DNA of 64,000 nt from Thermoguttaceae bacterium (GCA_030530205.1 JAUMVK010000011.1:24887-88886), one strand, 5' to 3'. Counted from the stretch's first letter, positions 8,930 to 18,588 are shown. A program made the numbers and translations. The notes: generated by a model from the sequence alone, not told the origin.

Positions 8930-11155
8930 ATGAAAAAACTCACCTCCATATTACTTTTACTCCTTTTGGGTGCGTGTAATTTCGTGCAGGCGCGTGACGT
9001 TGAAGTCGCGATCGCCGCGTACACGTACCGGAAATTCACTTTCTTTGAAACGGTCGAAAAAGTCGCCGATCTGGGCGTTCCGAACCTTTACGGATTCAAC
9101 TTTCAGGCGGTCGGCGGCGGAATTGACGGCGTTCTGGACCCGGCCAAACTTTCCGACGCGGACCTGCAGAAGATCCGCGACTTCCTCGCCTCGAAAAAGA
9201 TCACGCTCTGCGCGCTTTATTACGGCTCCTTCCCGGATGATGAGGCGGAATGCCGCCGCATTTTCGAACGCTCCAAATTCCTCGGGGTCAAGCGTTTCGT
9301 GAGCGAGCCGAAGCCGGAACTGCTCCCGATGCTCGATAAAATCGCGGGCGAGTACGGCATGATCGTCGGTCTGCACGGCCACAGCCGGCAAGCCTCGCCA
9401 AACACGTGGCACCCGATTCTGGTCGCGAACCAGTGCAGCGGTCTGAAAAACGTTGGGGCTTTCAACGACACGGGCCACTGGCTCCGTTCCGGCCTGGCTC
9501 CGACCGATGGGATCGAGATCCTCGGAAAGTACACTGTGGGCTTTGACCTCCACGATACCGACGCGGAAGGGAAAGATGTTCCGCTCGGAACCGGCACGGG
9601 AAACATCGGTTTGATGCTCCACGCGCTCCAGAGGATCCCCGGCCCGCCGGTCCTCATCGGGATCGAGTACAATTCCAACCCGGACGATCCGACGGAAGAC
9701 GTGAAAAAGTGCCTCGAGTTCCTGAAGGACCCGAAGCCGGATGGATTCTCGAAAAAGCCGGACGGTTTCTACGTCGGCGCGGTTTCGATCGATATTACGC
9801 CGAACCGGCCGGTTTCGCTGCCGGGCCAGCACTACACGCGCATTTCCGAAGGGGCCAACACGCCGGTCGAGGCGAACGTCCTGCTTCTCGACTCGGTCCA
9901 GGAAGGCCTCAGCACGCCGGTGGTTTTCATCAGTTTTGATGCGGTCGGGATCGGCACGGACTTCAACCTCACGCTGCGAGACGCCCTTCAGAAAGCGCTT
10001 CCGGACGTGAACACGGAGAACATCATCATGTGCGTCACGCACACGCACGACGGTCCCACCCTCTACGGCGACCCGCCGGATCCGCCAACCGAGGGCGACT
10101 ACATGAAGTACGCGGAGTTCCGTGACTTCGCCATCTCGCGCATCGTTCCGGCCGTTCAGAAGGCGTGGGAGGCCCGCGTCCCCGCCCGTTACGGTTTCGG
10201 TCTGAGTTACGCGAACATCGCGTACAACCGCCGGGCCATTTACGCTGACGGGACCGCCGTCATGTACGGTAAAACCGACCGGCCGGACTTCCGCGCCATC
10301 GAAGGAATGACCGACACGGACCTGAATATTCTCTGCTTCTGGAACGAAAAAGACGAGCCGATCGCGATGATGCTCAACGTCGCGTGCCCCTCGCAGGAGA
10401 ACGAGCACTACACGAAACTCGACGCGGACTTTTGGGGCGACCTGCGCCCGATGCTGCAGAAAAAGTACGGCAAAAACCTGGTCGTTCTTGGAGTTTGCGG
10501 CGCGGCGGGCGACCAGTCTCCGCACATTCGCTACCGTCAAGCGGCGGAAGTGCGTATGCAGAAGCTCCGCGGCCTTGAACGTGACCAGGAACTGGCCCGC
10601 CGTCTGTTCGACGCGGTGGACGACGTGTACGACCTGATTGCGAAGGACAAACGCACGGCTCAAATCGTGAAATTCGAGTACATTCCTCTCGATCTGCCGG
10701 TCCGGAAAATCTCCCAGGCCGAGTATGACGCGGCTGCGGCAGAGGTGAAGAAGCTCGACGAGGATTACGCGAAGACGAAGAGTTCCCACTCCCTGATCCG
10801 CGGCAACTGGCAGAAACGCACGCTTCAGCGCTGGGACGACCAGCAGAAGGGCGTAAACCAGACCTACGCCACGAGCATTTGCGTCATGCGCCTCGACCAG
10901 ATCGCCATTTGCACGAACCAGTTTGAGCTTTACAACGATTTCGGCCTGCAGATCAAGGCGCGCTCCAAAGCCCTTCAAACGTTTGTGATCCAGCTTTGCA
11001 CCGGCCGGCCGGAGTCCGGTTCCTACCTTCCGACCGCGTTTGCAGTCAAAGGGGGCGGCTACGGCGCAGTTCCCGCCTCGAACAAAGTCGGCCCGGAAGG
11101 CGGCCAGATCCTCGTCGAAAAGACGCTGGAAGCGATCGAGCGTGAATTTGAATAA
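8930..11155 (+). CDS. Fusion protein: xylose-isomerase-like TIM barrel + ceramidase-like domain
   Basis: Signal peptide. The N-terminal ~270 aa resemble sugar phosphate isomerase/epimerase TIM barrels. The remainder is paralogous to 3962..5479. Confidence 0.6.
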   Translation: MKKLTSILLLLLLGACNFVQARDVEVAIAAYTYRKFTFFETVEKVADLGVPNLYGFNFQAVGGGIDGVLDPAKLSDADLQKIRDFLASKKITLCALYYGSFPDDEAECRRIFERSKFLGVKRFVSEPKPELLPMLDKIAGEYGMIVGLHGHSRQASPNTWHPILVANQCSGLKNVGAFNDTGHWLRSGLAPTDGIEILGKYTVGFDLHDTDAEGKDVPLGTGTGNIGLMLHALQRIPGPPVLIGIEYNSNPDDPTEDVKKCLEFLKDPKPDGFSKKPDGFYVGAVSIDITPNRPVSLPGQHYTRISEGANTPVEANVLLLDSVQEGLSTPVVFISFDAVGIGTDFNLTLRDALQKALPDVNTENIIMCVTHTHDGPTLYGDPPDPPTEGDYMKYAEFRDFAISRIVPAVQKAWEARVPARYGFGLSYANIAYNRRAIYADGTAVMYGKTDRPDFRAIEGMTDTDLNILCFWNEKDEPIAMMLNVACPSQENEHYTKLDADFWGDLRPMLQKKYGKNLVVLGVCGAAGDQSPHIRYRQAAEVRMQKLRGLERDQELARRLFDAVDDVYDLIAKDKRTAQIVKFEYIPLDLPVRKISQAEYDAAAAEVKKLDEDYAKTKSSHSLIRGNWQKRTLQRWDDQQKGVNQTYATSICVMRLDQIAICTNQFELYNDFGLQIKARSKALQTFVIQLCTGRPESGSYLPTAFAVKGGGYGAVPASNKVGPEGGQILVEKTLEAIEREFE

Positions 11156-11190
11156 ATCGATTCCCCCAAAACTATAACAGGAGAAATATT

Positions 11191-12015
11191 ATGGGAAAAA
11201 TCGCCCTTGGAATGAATCTGGAAGCCACACGTCACCACGACAAACCGTTCCTTTGGGGGTTGGACCGTGCGGCAGAAATTGGTTACGAGTACGTGGAACC
11301 GATGGTCCACTTTGGACGGGAATTAATGTCGGAGGCAGGCTACTACCACACAGTCTCTCTTTTCGACGACCCGAAGTGGATGGCGGAGGAGTGCGCCAAG
11401 CGCGGCCTTAAAATCTCGGGTCTTCAGGCACACGGGCCACTTGGCCGACCGGACCGTCACGGCGAGTACCTCAAGCTGGCGGTACGTTACTCGGCAGAAT
11501 GCGGCGCGCCGGTCGTGAATACGGACGAAGGGATCAAAGCCCCGTGGACGACCAAAGCCGAGGACATGGTGCTGATCCGCTACACGCTTCAGGAAGCGGC
11601 TTTCATCGCAGAAAAACGCGGCGTGAAAATCGGTCTTGAGTGCCACGCGCAGTACTCTAAAACGCCGGAAGGACTCGACGAACTGTACAATCTGGTCGAT
11701 TCGCCGTCGATCGGGATCAACCTCGACACGGGGAACGCCTACCTCTGCGGCGCGGACGTTTACGAGTGGCTCGAACGGGTCTGCGGCCGTCTGGTCCACC
11801 TCCACGCGAAAGACATTTCCGTCGCCCACTCCGATGCGGAAAGAGGCCAGGTCACCGGCACTCCGGTCGGCTGCGGCTGCGGTGACGGCGTGATCGACTG
11901 GAAGCGCGTGATCGAGATTTGCAAGAAGTGCCCGAACGACCTCGTTTTCTCGGTCGAGTGCGGAAGCATCGACGAAGCAAAACGCAGCTACGAGCATCTT
12001 TCCTCGCTGCTGTAA
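11191..12015 (+). CDS. Sugar phosphate isomerase/epimerase (xylose isomerase-like TIM barrel)
   Basis: 274 aa. LE.H, NLDTGN and HLHAKD metal-site-like blocks typical of the AP endonuclease 2/xylose isomerase-like family. Confidence 0.75.
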   Translation: MGKIALGMNLEATRHHDKPFLWGLDRAAEIGYEYVEPMVHFGRELMSEAGYYHTVSLFDDPKWMAEECAKRGLKISGLQAHGPLGRPDRHGEYLKLAVRYSAECGAPVVNTDEGIKAPWTTKAEDMVLIRYTLQEAAFIAEKRGVKIGLECHAQYSKTPEGLDELYNLVDSPSIGINLDTGNAYLCGADVYEWLERVCGRLVHLHAKDISVAHSDAERGQVTGTPVGCGCGDGVIDWKRVIEICKKCPNDLVFSVECGSIDEAKRSYEHLSSLL

Positions 12016-12164
12016 CAGTCTTTCATTCAGTTGTGCGGGAAAAACCTCATTTGAGAGATTTTTCCTGTACGACTTCAAAAACCTTTGATTATGTAGTCTG
12101 ACATTATAATTAAAATCTCCGAATACATTACTACATCCTTTCGATCTGATAATTGTTGATTGGA

Positions 12165-12265
12165 CCTGGAAATGTCTGTTATACAGTATTGACGAATTCC
12201 TGCTTGTGGTATAATTCAAATGCGGACATGGTTCTTCCTCGTGTATATGGTTTGCTGTTTTTTTT
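12165..12265. repeat. Left inverted repeat of the CARF-nuclease cassette
   Basis: The core 12208..12265 is the reverse complement of 13905..13962 with 4 mismatches in 58. Weaker similarity extends outward to about 12165. Confidence 0.85.
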
Positions 12266-12566
12266 ACATTATACACTGAACCTGTCCGCGTTTTAATTAT
12301 TTTTCCGGTACGCGGTTGCCGGATGAACTCCTTTTTTTAGGTCACTGGGAATTTTTGGGGAAAATCTTGTGAATTTATCTGGCCGACTCCTTGAAGGTTT
12401 TCATCCAATCGATTATACTGGATTTTTGTGGAATTTTAAACTTTATCCGTCTTTTTGAGAATTAAGAACACTTTTTCGTTATATTATATGGAAGGGCTTA
12501 CGTCACCTATGTGGCTGCCATTTGATTTTTGACCGTCCAACCTGATTTTTCCTGGAAAGGATCCCG

Positions 12567-13802
12567 ATGAGCACGCTGATTTGTCTTTTGTCCGGACAGC
12601 CGGTTCCCAATTTGATGTCCTGCGCCGCGTTGCATCCAGACAGGATCGTTCTGGTTCAAACATTCAGAATGAAGGGCAAGAATGTTGCCGACAGGTTCCA
12701 GAACGCTCTGAAGAAAATGGGAATTCTGGTAGATACTGAAGTCGTTGATGTGGAGCCGGGACAGGATAACCATTTTTCATTCCTCAAAGATTATTTTCGC
12801 AGTGCATTGCTCGAAGCGTATTCAGGGGACACTTTTTTGCTGAACCTGACCGGGGGGACCAAGCCGATGAGTATCGCTTTGTACGAGACATTCCTTACTC
12901 ATCCGGGAGTGAAATTCTATTACTTTGATTTTGATTCTCCCTGCGAGATCATGGATTTCATCGGGGGCGGGAGCTCGGATGTTGGGCAGATCCCGCTCGA
13001 GGCGTTTCTGGCTGGGTACGGCTTCAAGACCGTCAAATCGATGAAACACATCGAGGCCGCAGAGAACGCCGCGCTCGAACGAGCTCAAACGACGAGGTTT
13101 CTCGCGTCCTGCTGCAATGACCCCGGCTTCGGAATTTGGAAAAAATCCGAAGATGATGAGGAGGAAAAAGCAAGTCGGGCGTGGCTTGTGGAGGCCATGC
13201 GACACAAGACCCCTTCCACCTTGAAGGAAGGTCTGCTGCATCCCTCTGATCCGAAAATTTCCCGGGCGTTAGCCGACTGCTTCCACCTGGAGCAAAACGC
13301 GGACGGCACGTTGAGCGGGACTGTCAACAAATACGATGTCAAGTATCTTGACGGCGGCTGGCTCGAAGAGTTCATCTGGCTCACATTGCATCATTACGAA
13401 AGGAAATATGAACTTGGCGACCTGCATTTGGGCCAGGTGATTCAAAAGGAAGGTTCCAAGACATCCAATGAGCAGGGTCAGGTAATCGAAAAGAGACCCC
13501 CACAAAATGAGGTGGATGTTTCCTTTATGCGCAATAACACCTTCCACGTGTGGGAATGCAAGACCGATTTTCAGGAAAAATTGCCGCTTTACCTGTACAA
13601 ACTCTACGCGGTGCTGAAAGAACTGGAGGCACTTGGTACACGATCTTCCCTGATCTCCAATTGCTCGATAATCACGACGGATGAGAGCAAAGAGCGCGCC
13701 AAACTTCACTCTACGAAGCTGATCGACGCGGAATCGATTCACAATCTGGCGATCGATCCCGAAAAAGAACTTGAAAAGATATTCAATCCCTCAAGATCCT
13801 GA
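12567..13802 (+). CDS. CARF-domain + PD-(D/E)xK nuclease effector (Card1/Can2-like, DUF1887 type)
   Basis: N-terminal LLSGQPVPNL and LNLTGGTKPMS CARF signatures. C-terminal EVDVSF...VWECKT is a D...ExK nuclease motif. RBS GGAAAGGA lies upstream of the ATG. Confidence 0.8.
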   Translation: MSTLICLLSGQPVPNLMSCAALHPDRIVLVQTFRMKGKNVADRFQNALKKMGILVDTEVVDVEPGQDNHFSFLKDYFRSALLEAYSGDTFLLNLTGGTKPMSIALYETFLTHPGVKFYYFDFDSPCEIMDFIGGGSSDVGQIPLEAFLAGYGFKTVKSMKHIEAAENAALERAQTTRFLASCCNDPGFGIWKKSEDDEEEKASRAWLVEAMRHKTPSTLKEGLLHPSDPKISRALADCFHLEQNADGTLSGTVNKYDVKYLDGGWLEEFIWLTLHHYERKYELGDLHLGQVIQKEGSKTSNEQGQVIEKRPPQNEVDVSFMRNNTFHVWECKTDFQEKLPLYLYKLYAVLKELEALGTRSSLISNCSIITTDESKERAKLHSTKLIDAESIHNLAIDPEKELEKIFNPSRS

Positions 13803-13904
13803 GATTTATGAGGACAAGATTGAAATTACATGCCAATAATGGTTCATCCAGTAACCGCGCACCTGGAAATAATTAAAGATGTGGACAAGTTCAGTCTGTA
13901 ATTC

Positions 13905-14005
13905 AAAAAAAACAGCAAACCATATACACGACGAGGAACAATGTCTGCATTTGAATTATACCCCTGTCAAGGTTTTATCAATGCCTGGCCACTGACATTT
14001 CCCAA
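13905..14005. repeat. Right inverted repeat of the CARF-nuclease cassette
   Basis: See the left repeat. Core at 13905..13962, with a degenerate extension to about 14005. Confidence 0.85.
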
Positions 14006-14034
14006 AAAAGACTACAGAATCATAATCTTTGGTA

Positions 14035-14173
14035 TTCTGAGGACCGATTCACTTTATTGTCCTTTGTGCGCCTTGAAAAATATTTGTCAGGTCTATGATT
14101 TTCGTGATGGAGAATACTTTAGGCTAAAAATCCTGGGAATCAAAAGGTGCCTGTACATACTTGTCGGATGAAC
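14035..14173 (+). mobile_element. ISL3-family transposase 3' remnant plus IS end (copy A)
   Basis: Translation ...YDFRDGEYFRLKILGIKRCLYILVG matches the ISL3 transposase C-terminus. The DNA is homologous in inverted orientation to 22631..22775. The IS terminus is GGTTCATCCGACAAG (reverse complement). Confidence 0.7.
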
Positions 14174-14196
14174 CCTTTTTCTTAGCCCACATTCCG

Positions 14197-14239
14197 CCGA
14201 TCGTGAAAAGGGAACCACCGCTCTTATTTTCACGATTGA
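14197..14239. repeat. REP-like palindrome (CCGATCGTG...CACGAT)
   Basis: CCGATCGTGAAAAGGGAACC...TTTTCACGATTG, almost identical to the unit at 61730. Confidence 0.75.
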
Positions 14240-14363
14240 GCACAAACAAGCATGGAGATTATCAGAAAATTTTGCCACTTCCCATTGCAAAAAAGAAAAA
14301 AGTTTGATAGAATGCATCTTTGTTCACAGAACTCTACTAATTTTCATTTTCAAGAGGCAAAGT

Positions 14364-15572
14364 ATGAAAAAAATCCCGGTCATTTTAACCATCTTATTTC
14401 TTTGTACCTTACTTGTTTCGTGTCATAAGGCCGGAGATGTGCGCACTTGGAGTTATGGTAGCTACACTGTCGAAGGCGAGTTTGTCGAACTGGCAGAAAA
14501 TGGAACGACCGTTTGTATTCGTAAAAAAGATGGGAATATCGTGAACATCCCGCTGTCAAAACTCTCTCAAGCTGATCAGGATTATGTAAAAGATTCTGAT
14601 CGTCCTATTGAGGGGGAACCTGCGACGTTAATGCTTCCTAATGCGCCACATGCGGGAGACCGTGTGGTTTTGAAGGTGGATAACGTAGAATTTGCCTTCC
14701 GTTGGTGTCCTCCGGGGAAGTTCGTAATGGGAAGCCCCGAGAGCGAGCCTGGCCGGCGCAGTACTGAAAAGCCTCATCTGGTTCAGTTGTCGAAAGGTTT
14801 CTGGATGCTGGAAACAGAAGTGACGCAAGCCCAGTGGAAGGTTGTCATGTGTACGAGTCTGGAAGAACAGGCCCAAAAAATGCTCAACGACGACACGCTT
14901 TATAAGTTTTCCTCAGGAGAGAAAACTCTTCGGGACTATTTCGGTTTCAAACAAAATGAAACGAGCCGCACGATCCACGGCAAGGGTGATACATACCCGA
15001 TTTACTATGTAAACTGGCACGAGAGTATGGAATTTTGTCGTCGTTTAAGCTCATACCTGAATCTGTGTGTCCAGCTTCCAACGGAGGCGCAGTGGGAGTA
15101 CGCTTGCCGAGCTGGCAGCACGATGGCACTTCCGAACGGGCCGATCAAGATCAAAGGGAAATGCGACGCTCCGGCACTTGATCCGATTGCGTGGTACGGC
15201 GGAAATAGCAGTCAAGGGTTCGTGGGGACAAGCCCGTGGAACTCCAGCAGCTGGTCGGAGACCCAGTACCCCGGCGGCCCTTGTGGAGCGCACCCGGTGG
15301 GCAAAAAGGACGCGAATGCCTGGGGCCTTTATGATATGTTGGGAAACGTGTGGGAATGGTGTTACGATTACTATGATGCAGCTTATTACGTCAGGTCTCC
15401 ATTGAGCGACCCGAAAAACACAACGGTTTCTACAGGCCGCGTGGATCGTGGCGGAAGCTGGTACGACCACGCTGAGTACTGCCGCTCGGCGTACCGCGGC
15501 GAGAATGCCCCTGACTTCCGGGATGACCTCCTCGGCTTCCGCGTCCTTTTAGTTCCCGGTCAAGAGAAATAG
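14364..15572 (+). CDS. Exported SHD1-like + FGE (SUMF1) domain protein
   Basis: Lipoprotein-like signal. W.YGSYTVEGEFVEL..NG..V.IRK.DG..V.IPL.KLS..D..YV is an SLA1-homology/SH3-like module. RWCPPG.F.MGS, NAWGLYDM.GNVWEWC and RGGSW FGE blocks follow. A TTGCAA-17-TAGAAT promoter-like site is upstream. Confidence 0.8.
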   Translation: MKKIPVILTILFLCTLLVSCHKAGDVRTWSYGSYTVEGEFVELAENGTTVCIRKKDGNIVNIPLSKLSQADQDYVKDSDRPIEGEPATLMLPNAPHAGDRVVLKVDNVEFAFRWCPPGKFVMGSPESEPGRRSTEKPHLVQLSKGFWMLETEVTQAQWKVVMCTSLEEQAQKMLNDDTLYKFSSGEKTLRDYFGFKQNETSRTIHGKGDTYPIYYVNWHESMEFCRRLSSYLNLCVQLPTEAQWEYACRAGSTMALPNGPIKIKGKCDAPALDPIAWYGGNSSQGFVGTSPWNSSSWSETQYPGGPCGAHPVGKKDANAWGLYDMLGNVWEWCYDYYDAAYYVRSPLSDPKNTTVSTGRVDRGGSWYDHAEYCRSAYRGENAPDFRDDLLGFRVLLVPGQEK

Positions 15573-15596
15573 ACAGGCAACATTACCCCCCCCCTC

Positions 15597-15636
15597 GCCG
15601 ATCGTGAAGAGAGAAGGCTCTCTTTACACGATCGGC
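15597..15636. repeat. REP-like palindrome, possibly a terminator
   Basis: GCCGATCGTGAAGAGAGAAGGCTCTCTTTACACGATCGGC lies immediately after the FGE gene stop. Confidence 0.75.
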
Positions 15637-15733
15637 AGGCAGTGAAACGGGCGAAATTTTCTGCGTTTCCTGAACAAAAATGTGAGAATTAGCAGTTTTT
15701 TTATAGGTAGCCATCGTTTTTGTTGTTTATGGC

Positions 15734-17281
15734 TCAACCTTCGATCTCGCCGCGGGCACGGCGGGTGAGGTAATCTTTTGTCACTTTCCAGACGACAGGC
15801 GAAAGCAGGACAAGCGCCACGAGGTTCGGGAACGCCATAAGGCCGTTGAAAGTATCGGCAATCCCCCAAACGACTGAAACGGTCAGGTAAGGGCCAATGG
15901 CGACTAAGAGAACGTAGAGCATACGATACATCTTGATGAGCCATTGCCGGTTTGAACCTACGAGATATTCAAGGCATTTCTCGGAGTAGTAGTCCCAGCC
16001 AAGAATCGTCGTGAACGCGAAGAACGTAAGCGCGATCATCAGGAAGAACGACGCGATCGTTGCAGAGTGTGGACCGATAAACGCAAGTCCACAGCTGAAT
16101 GCCTCGATGGTAATGTCAACCCCCTTGAGTCCAAGCGATGGTTCCCACGTACCCGTGACGACAATTACAAGACCTGTCATCGAACAGACGATGATCGTGT
16201 CGATGAACGTCCCCGTCATGCAGACAAGGCCCTGGCGCGCCGGCTCGTTCGTCTTTGCCGCGGCTGCCGCGATCGGGGCGGAGCCAAGTCCCGCTTCGTT
16301 CGAGAAGATTCCTCGCGCAATACCCTTCTGCATCGCGATGAAGATCGTGCCAACCATACCGCCAGTAAAAGCCGCAGGGTTAAACGCGGCACGAACGATG
16401 AGATCGATCGCCGGTAAAATCTTTGAAATGTTGCCGAAAAGGATGATCAAACAAATAAGGACATAGAACAGCGCCATGAACGGGATGATCATCATCGATA
16501 CGCTTGCAATACGTTTTAGCCCGCCAATAACGACGAGAGCGGTACAAATAGTGACAAGCGCGCCGGCTATGATTATGGAGAGGGAATACGTCGTGCCGAA
16601 TATTTGGATACCAGTCGCAAGGTCGTTCGGATTAAAATTCGGGTCGAAGAAACGCTGGGTCGCCGAGGTGATACCGTGGACCTGCGTGATCGTTCCGATA
16701 CCGAGAATACCGGCAACTACTCCGAAAAACGCGAAAAGGACGGCGAGCCACTTCCAGTTCTGAATGCCAAATACACCTTTCAGTCCCTTCTCGATATAAT
16801 AGAACGGACCGCCCAGGACCCGGCCGTCGGGTGTGAATTCGCGGTACTTGACTGCAAGCAGGCCTTCGGCGTACTTCGTTGCCATACCGAAGAAAGCGGC
16901 AACCTCCATCCAGAACAAAGCGCCGGGACCGCCCGTACCGATGGCCGTCGCGACGCCGACGATGTTCCCGGTGCCGATCGTCGCAGAGAGAGCGGTACAA
17001 AGCGCACCAAACGCGGAAACATCGCCCCGGGTTCCCTCCTCGGTGTGAAACATGTAACGAAAAGCATTTCTCAGGTTCAGGAGGTGAAGGAACCGCAGCA
17101 TGCACGTAAGGAGGATCCCTGTAAACAGGATCGTGATGATGAGCGGCAAACCCCAGATGAAATTGTCTGCCTTGTCAACCAGTGTCGTTAGTGAGGCAAG
17201 CCAGTCATTCGAGGTCTCAACCGTTTTCGTGACCGCGATTGGAAGCGCTGTCGCAGCAACATTATTTGTCATCTGATCCAC
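15734..17281 (-). CDS. Alanine/glycine:cation symporter (AGCS family)
   Basis: 515-aa polytopic membrane protein. GDVSAFGALCTALSATIGTGNIVGVA and SNEAGLGSAPIAAAAAKT blocks are typical of sodium:alanine symporters. Confidence 0.9.
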   Translation of the reverse strand: MDQMTNNVAATALPIAVTKTVETSNDWLASLTTLVDKADNFIWGLPLIITILFTGILLTCMLRFLHLLNLRNAFRYMFHTEEGTRGDVSAFGALCTALSATIGTGNIVGVATAIGTGGPGALFWMEVAAFFGMATKYAEGLLAVKYREFTPDGRVLGGPFYYIEKGLKGVFGIQNWKWLAVLFAFFGVVAGILGIGTITQVHGITSATQRFFDPNFNPNDLATGIQIFGTTYSLSIIIAGALVTICTALVVIGGLKRIASVSMMIIPFMALFYVLICLIILFGNISKILPAIDLIVRAAFNPAAFTGGMVGTIFIAMQKGIARGIFSNEAGLGSAPIAAAAAKTNEPARQGLVCMTGTFIDTIIVCSMTGLVIVVTGTWEPSLGLKGVDITIEAFSCGLAFIGPHSATIASFFLMIALTFFAFTTILGWDYYSEKCLEYLVGSNRQWLIKMYRMLYVLLVAIGPYLTVSVVWGIADTFNGLMAFPNLVALVLLSPVVWKVTKDYLTRRARGEIEG

Positions 17282-17396
17282 CTTTTCTTTTTACATATTT
17301 TCTCCGCGCCAGTATTAAATGACCGGTTTTTATACTTCAAGGCCGCTTAATGCTCACCACGTGCCATTTTGGGAGAATGATTCGGCCAATTGCGGA

Positions 17397-18575
17397 TCAG
17401 TTGTCAAGCATCTGTTTGCAAATTTTGCTGCATTCCCAAAGCATTCTCGGCAGGTGGAAGCACCCCTTGAAGATGTTCCCCTTTTGCGTTGAGGAGATGG
17501 TGCCGTCGCGGTGGAGGTAGCCGAACCAGTCGCCGTACTCGCGGTCCGTAAAGTGCTCAAACGCCCAGTCGTGGACCTGCTTGTGCATGTCGGCGTACTT
17601 TTCATCGCCGGTAAGCTGGCACGCCAGCAGCGTCGCGATGATCGTTTCATTGTGGTTCCACCAGAACTTCATGTCGTGCCAGTACTCGACGGACGGTTTG
17701 TCGTACACGTCGCGGAAATAGAGCATCCCGCCGTACTCTTTGTCCCAGCCGCGCTCCCACATCCAGTCGAGAATGTCGAGGCCGGTCTGGATGTAGTCCT
17801 GCCGGTTCCGCCGTTTTCCTTCGTCCATGATGAACCACGCGCCTTCAATGGCGTGCCCCGGGTTGAGCGTCCGCCCCTCGCACGAGTCCACGATGTCGCC
17901 GTTCGGCGCGACGCACTCCATGACGCACCGAATCTCCGGTTTCATAAAGTACTTCTGGATTTTCTCGATGCACTCGTCGATCTTCGCGTCGGCGCCCTCC
18001 AGCTGGATGGAATCCCGAAGCTGCTGGATCGTCGCGATGAGTATCGCGTAGTAGCCCAGCCCGATCATGGGGCGGACATCGGTGAACTTGGGCGGGTTCG
18101 GCACGTGGTTGGCGAAAATGTTGTAGCACTTGAGCGCCAGTTCCTTCGCGTGCTCGGAGCCGTCCGCCTTGGCCAGCTCGCCGAAGGAGATCGCCCCGAA
18201 CGACTCGCTGAACGCGTAGCGGCGTTTGCGGATCGGGCGGCCGTCGCGGGTGAGCTGGAAGAACATCCGCCCGTCCTCGTCGAAGGCGTATTTCTCGACG
18301 AATTCGAGCGTCTGCCGGCACTCTTCGAGCCAGACGGGGTTTTTCGCCGACGTCTCGCAGTTGTTGTACAGATGCCCCATCACCCAGGCGAAACGGCCCT
18401 GCTGCCAGACGCCCTTGTCGGTGTCGAAGAGGTTGCCCTGCTGGTCCACGCAGGTCATGATCCCGCCCTGTTCGTGGTCCACGGCATGGTTGAGCCAGAA
18501 TGGAATGGAGTCGTTAAACAGCGTGTTGGTGTAAAGCTGATACAGTTCGTTGATTTGATCTTTTGTATAAGTCAT
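17397..18575 (-). CDS. N-acylglucosamine 2-epimerase (AGE family)
   Basis: 392 aa. (alpha/alpha)6-barrel AGE-family blocks (FWL.H..D...GG, W.QGR, HA.E..WF, WWNHNE). Sits next to nanA. Confidence 0.85.
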   Translation of the reverse strand: MTYTKDQINELYQLYTNTLFNDSIPFWLNHAVDHEQGGIMTCVDQQGNLFDTDKGVWQQGRFAWVMGHLYNNCETSAKNPVWLEECRQTLEFVEKYAFDEDGRMFFQLTRDGRPIRKRRYAFSESFGAISFGELAKADGSEHAKELALKCYNIFANHVPNPPKFTDVRPMIGLGYYAILIATIQQLRDSIQLEGADAKIDECIEKIQKYFMKPEIRCVMECVAPNGDIVDSCEGRTLNPGHAIEGAWFIMDEGKRRNRQDYIQTGLDILDWMWERGWDKEYGGMLYFRDVYDKPSVEYWHDMKFWWNHNETIIATLLACQLTGDEKYADMHKQVHDWAFEHFTDREYGDWFGYLHRDGTISSTQKGNIFKGCFHLPRMLWECSKICKQMLDN

Positions 18576-18588
18576 GGCGATTCATTAA

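Noticed and set aside
13941-14171. The 76-aa ORF downstream of the CARF nuclease as a partner gene.
   Set aside because: - Its C-terminal half is the decayed ISL3 transposase C-terminus.
- Its N-terminal part lies inside the cassette inverted repeat.
- No RBS is present.
17282-17396. A possible glycine or amino-acid riboswitch in the 5' leader of the alanine:cation symporter.
   Set aside because: No glycine-riboswitch conserved core (GGAGAG...CACCG-type elements) is recognisable in the 115-nt leader.
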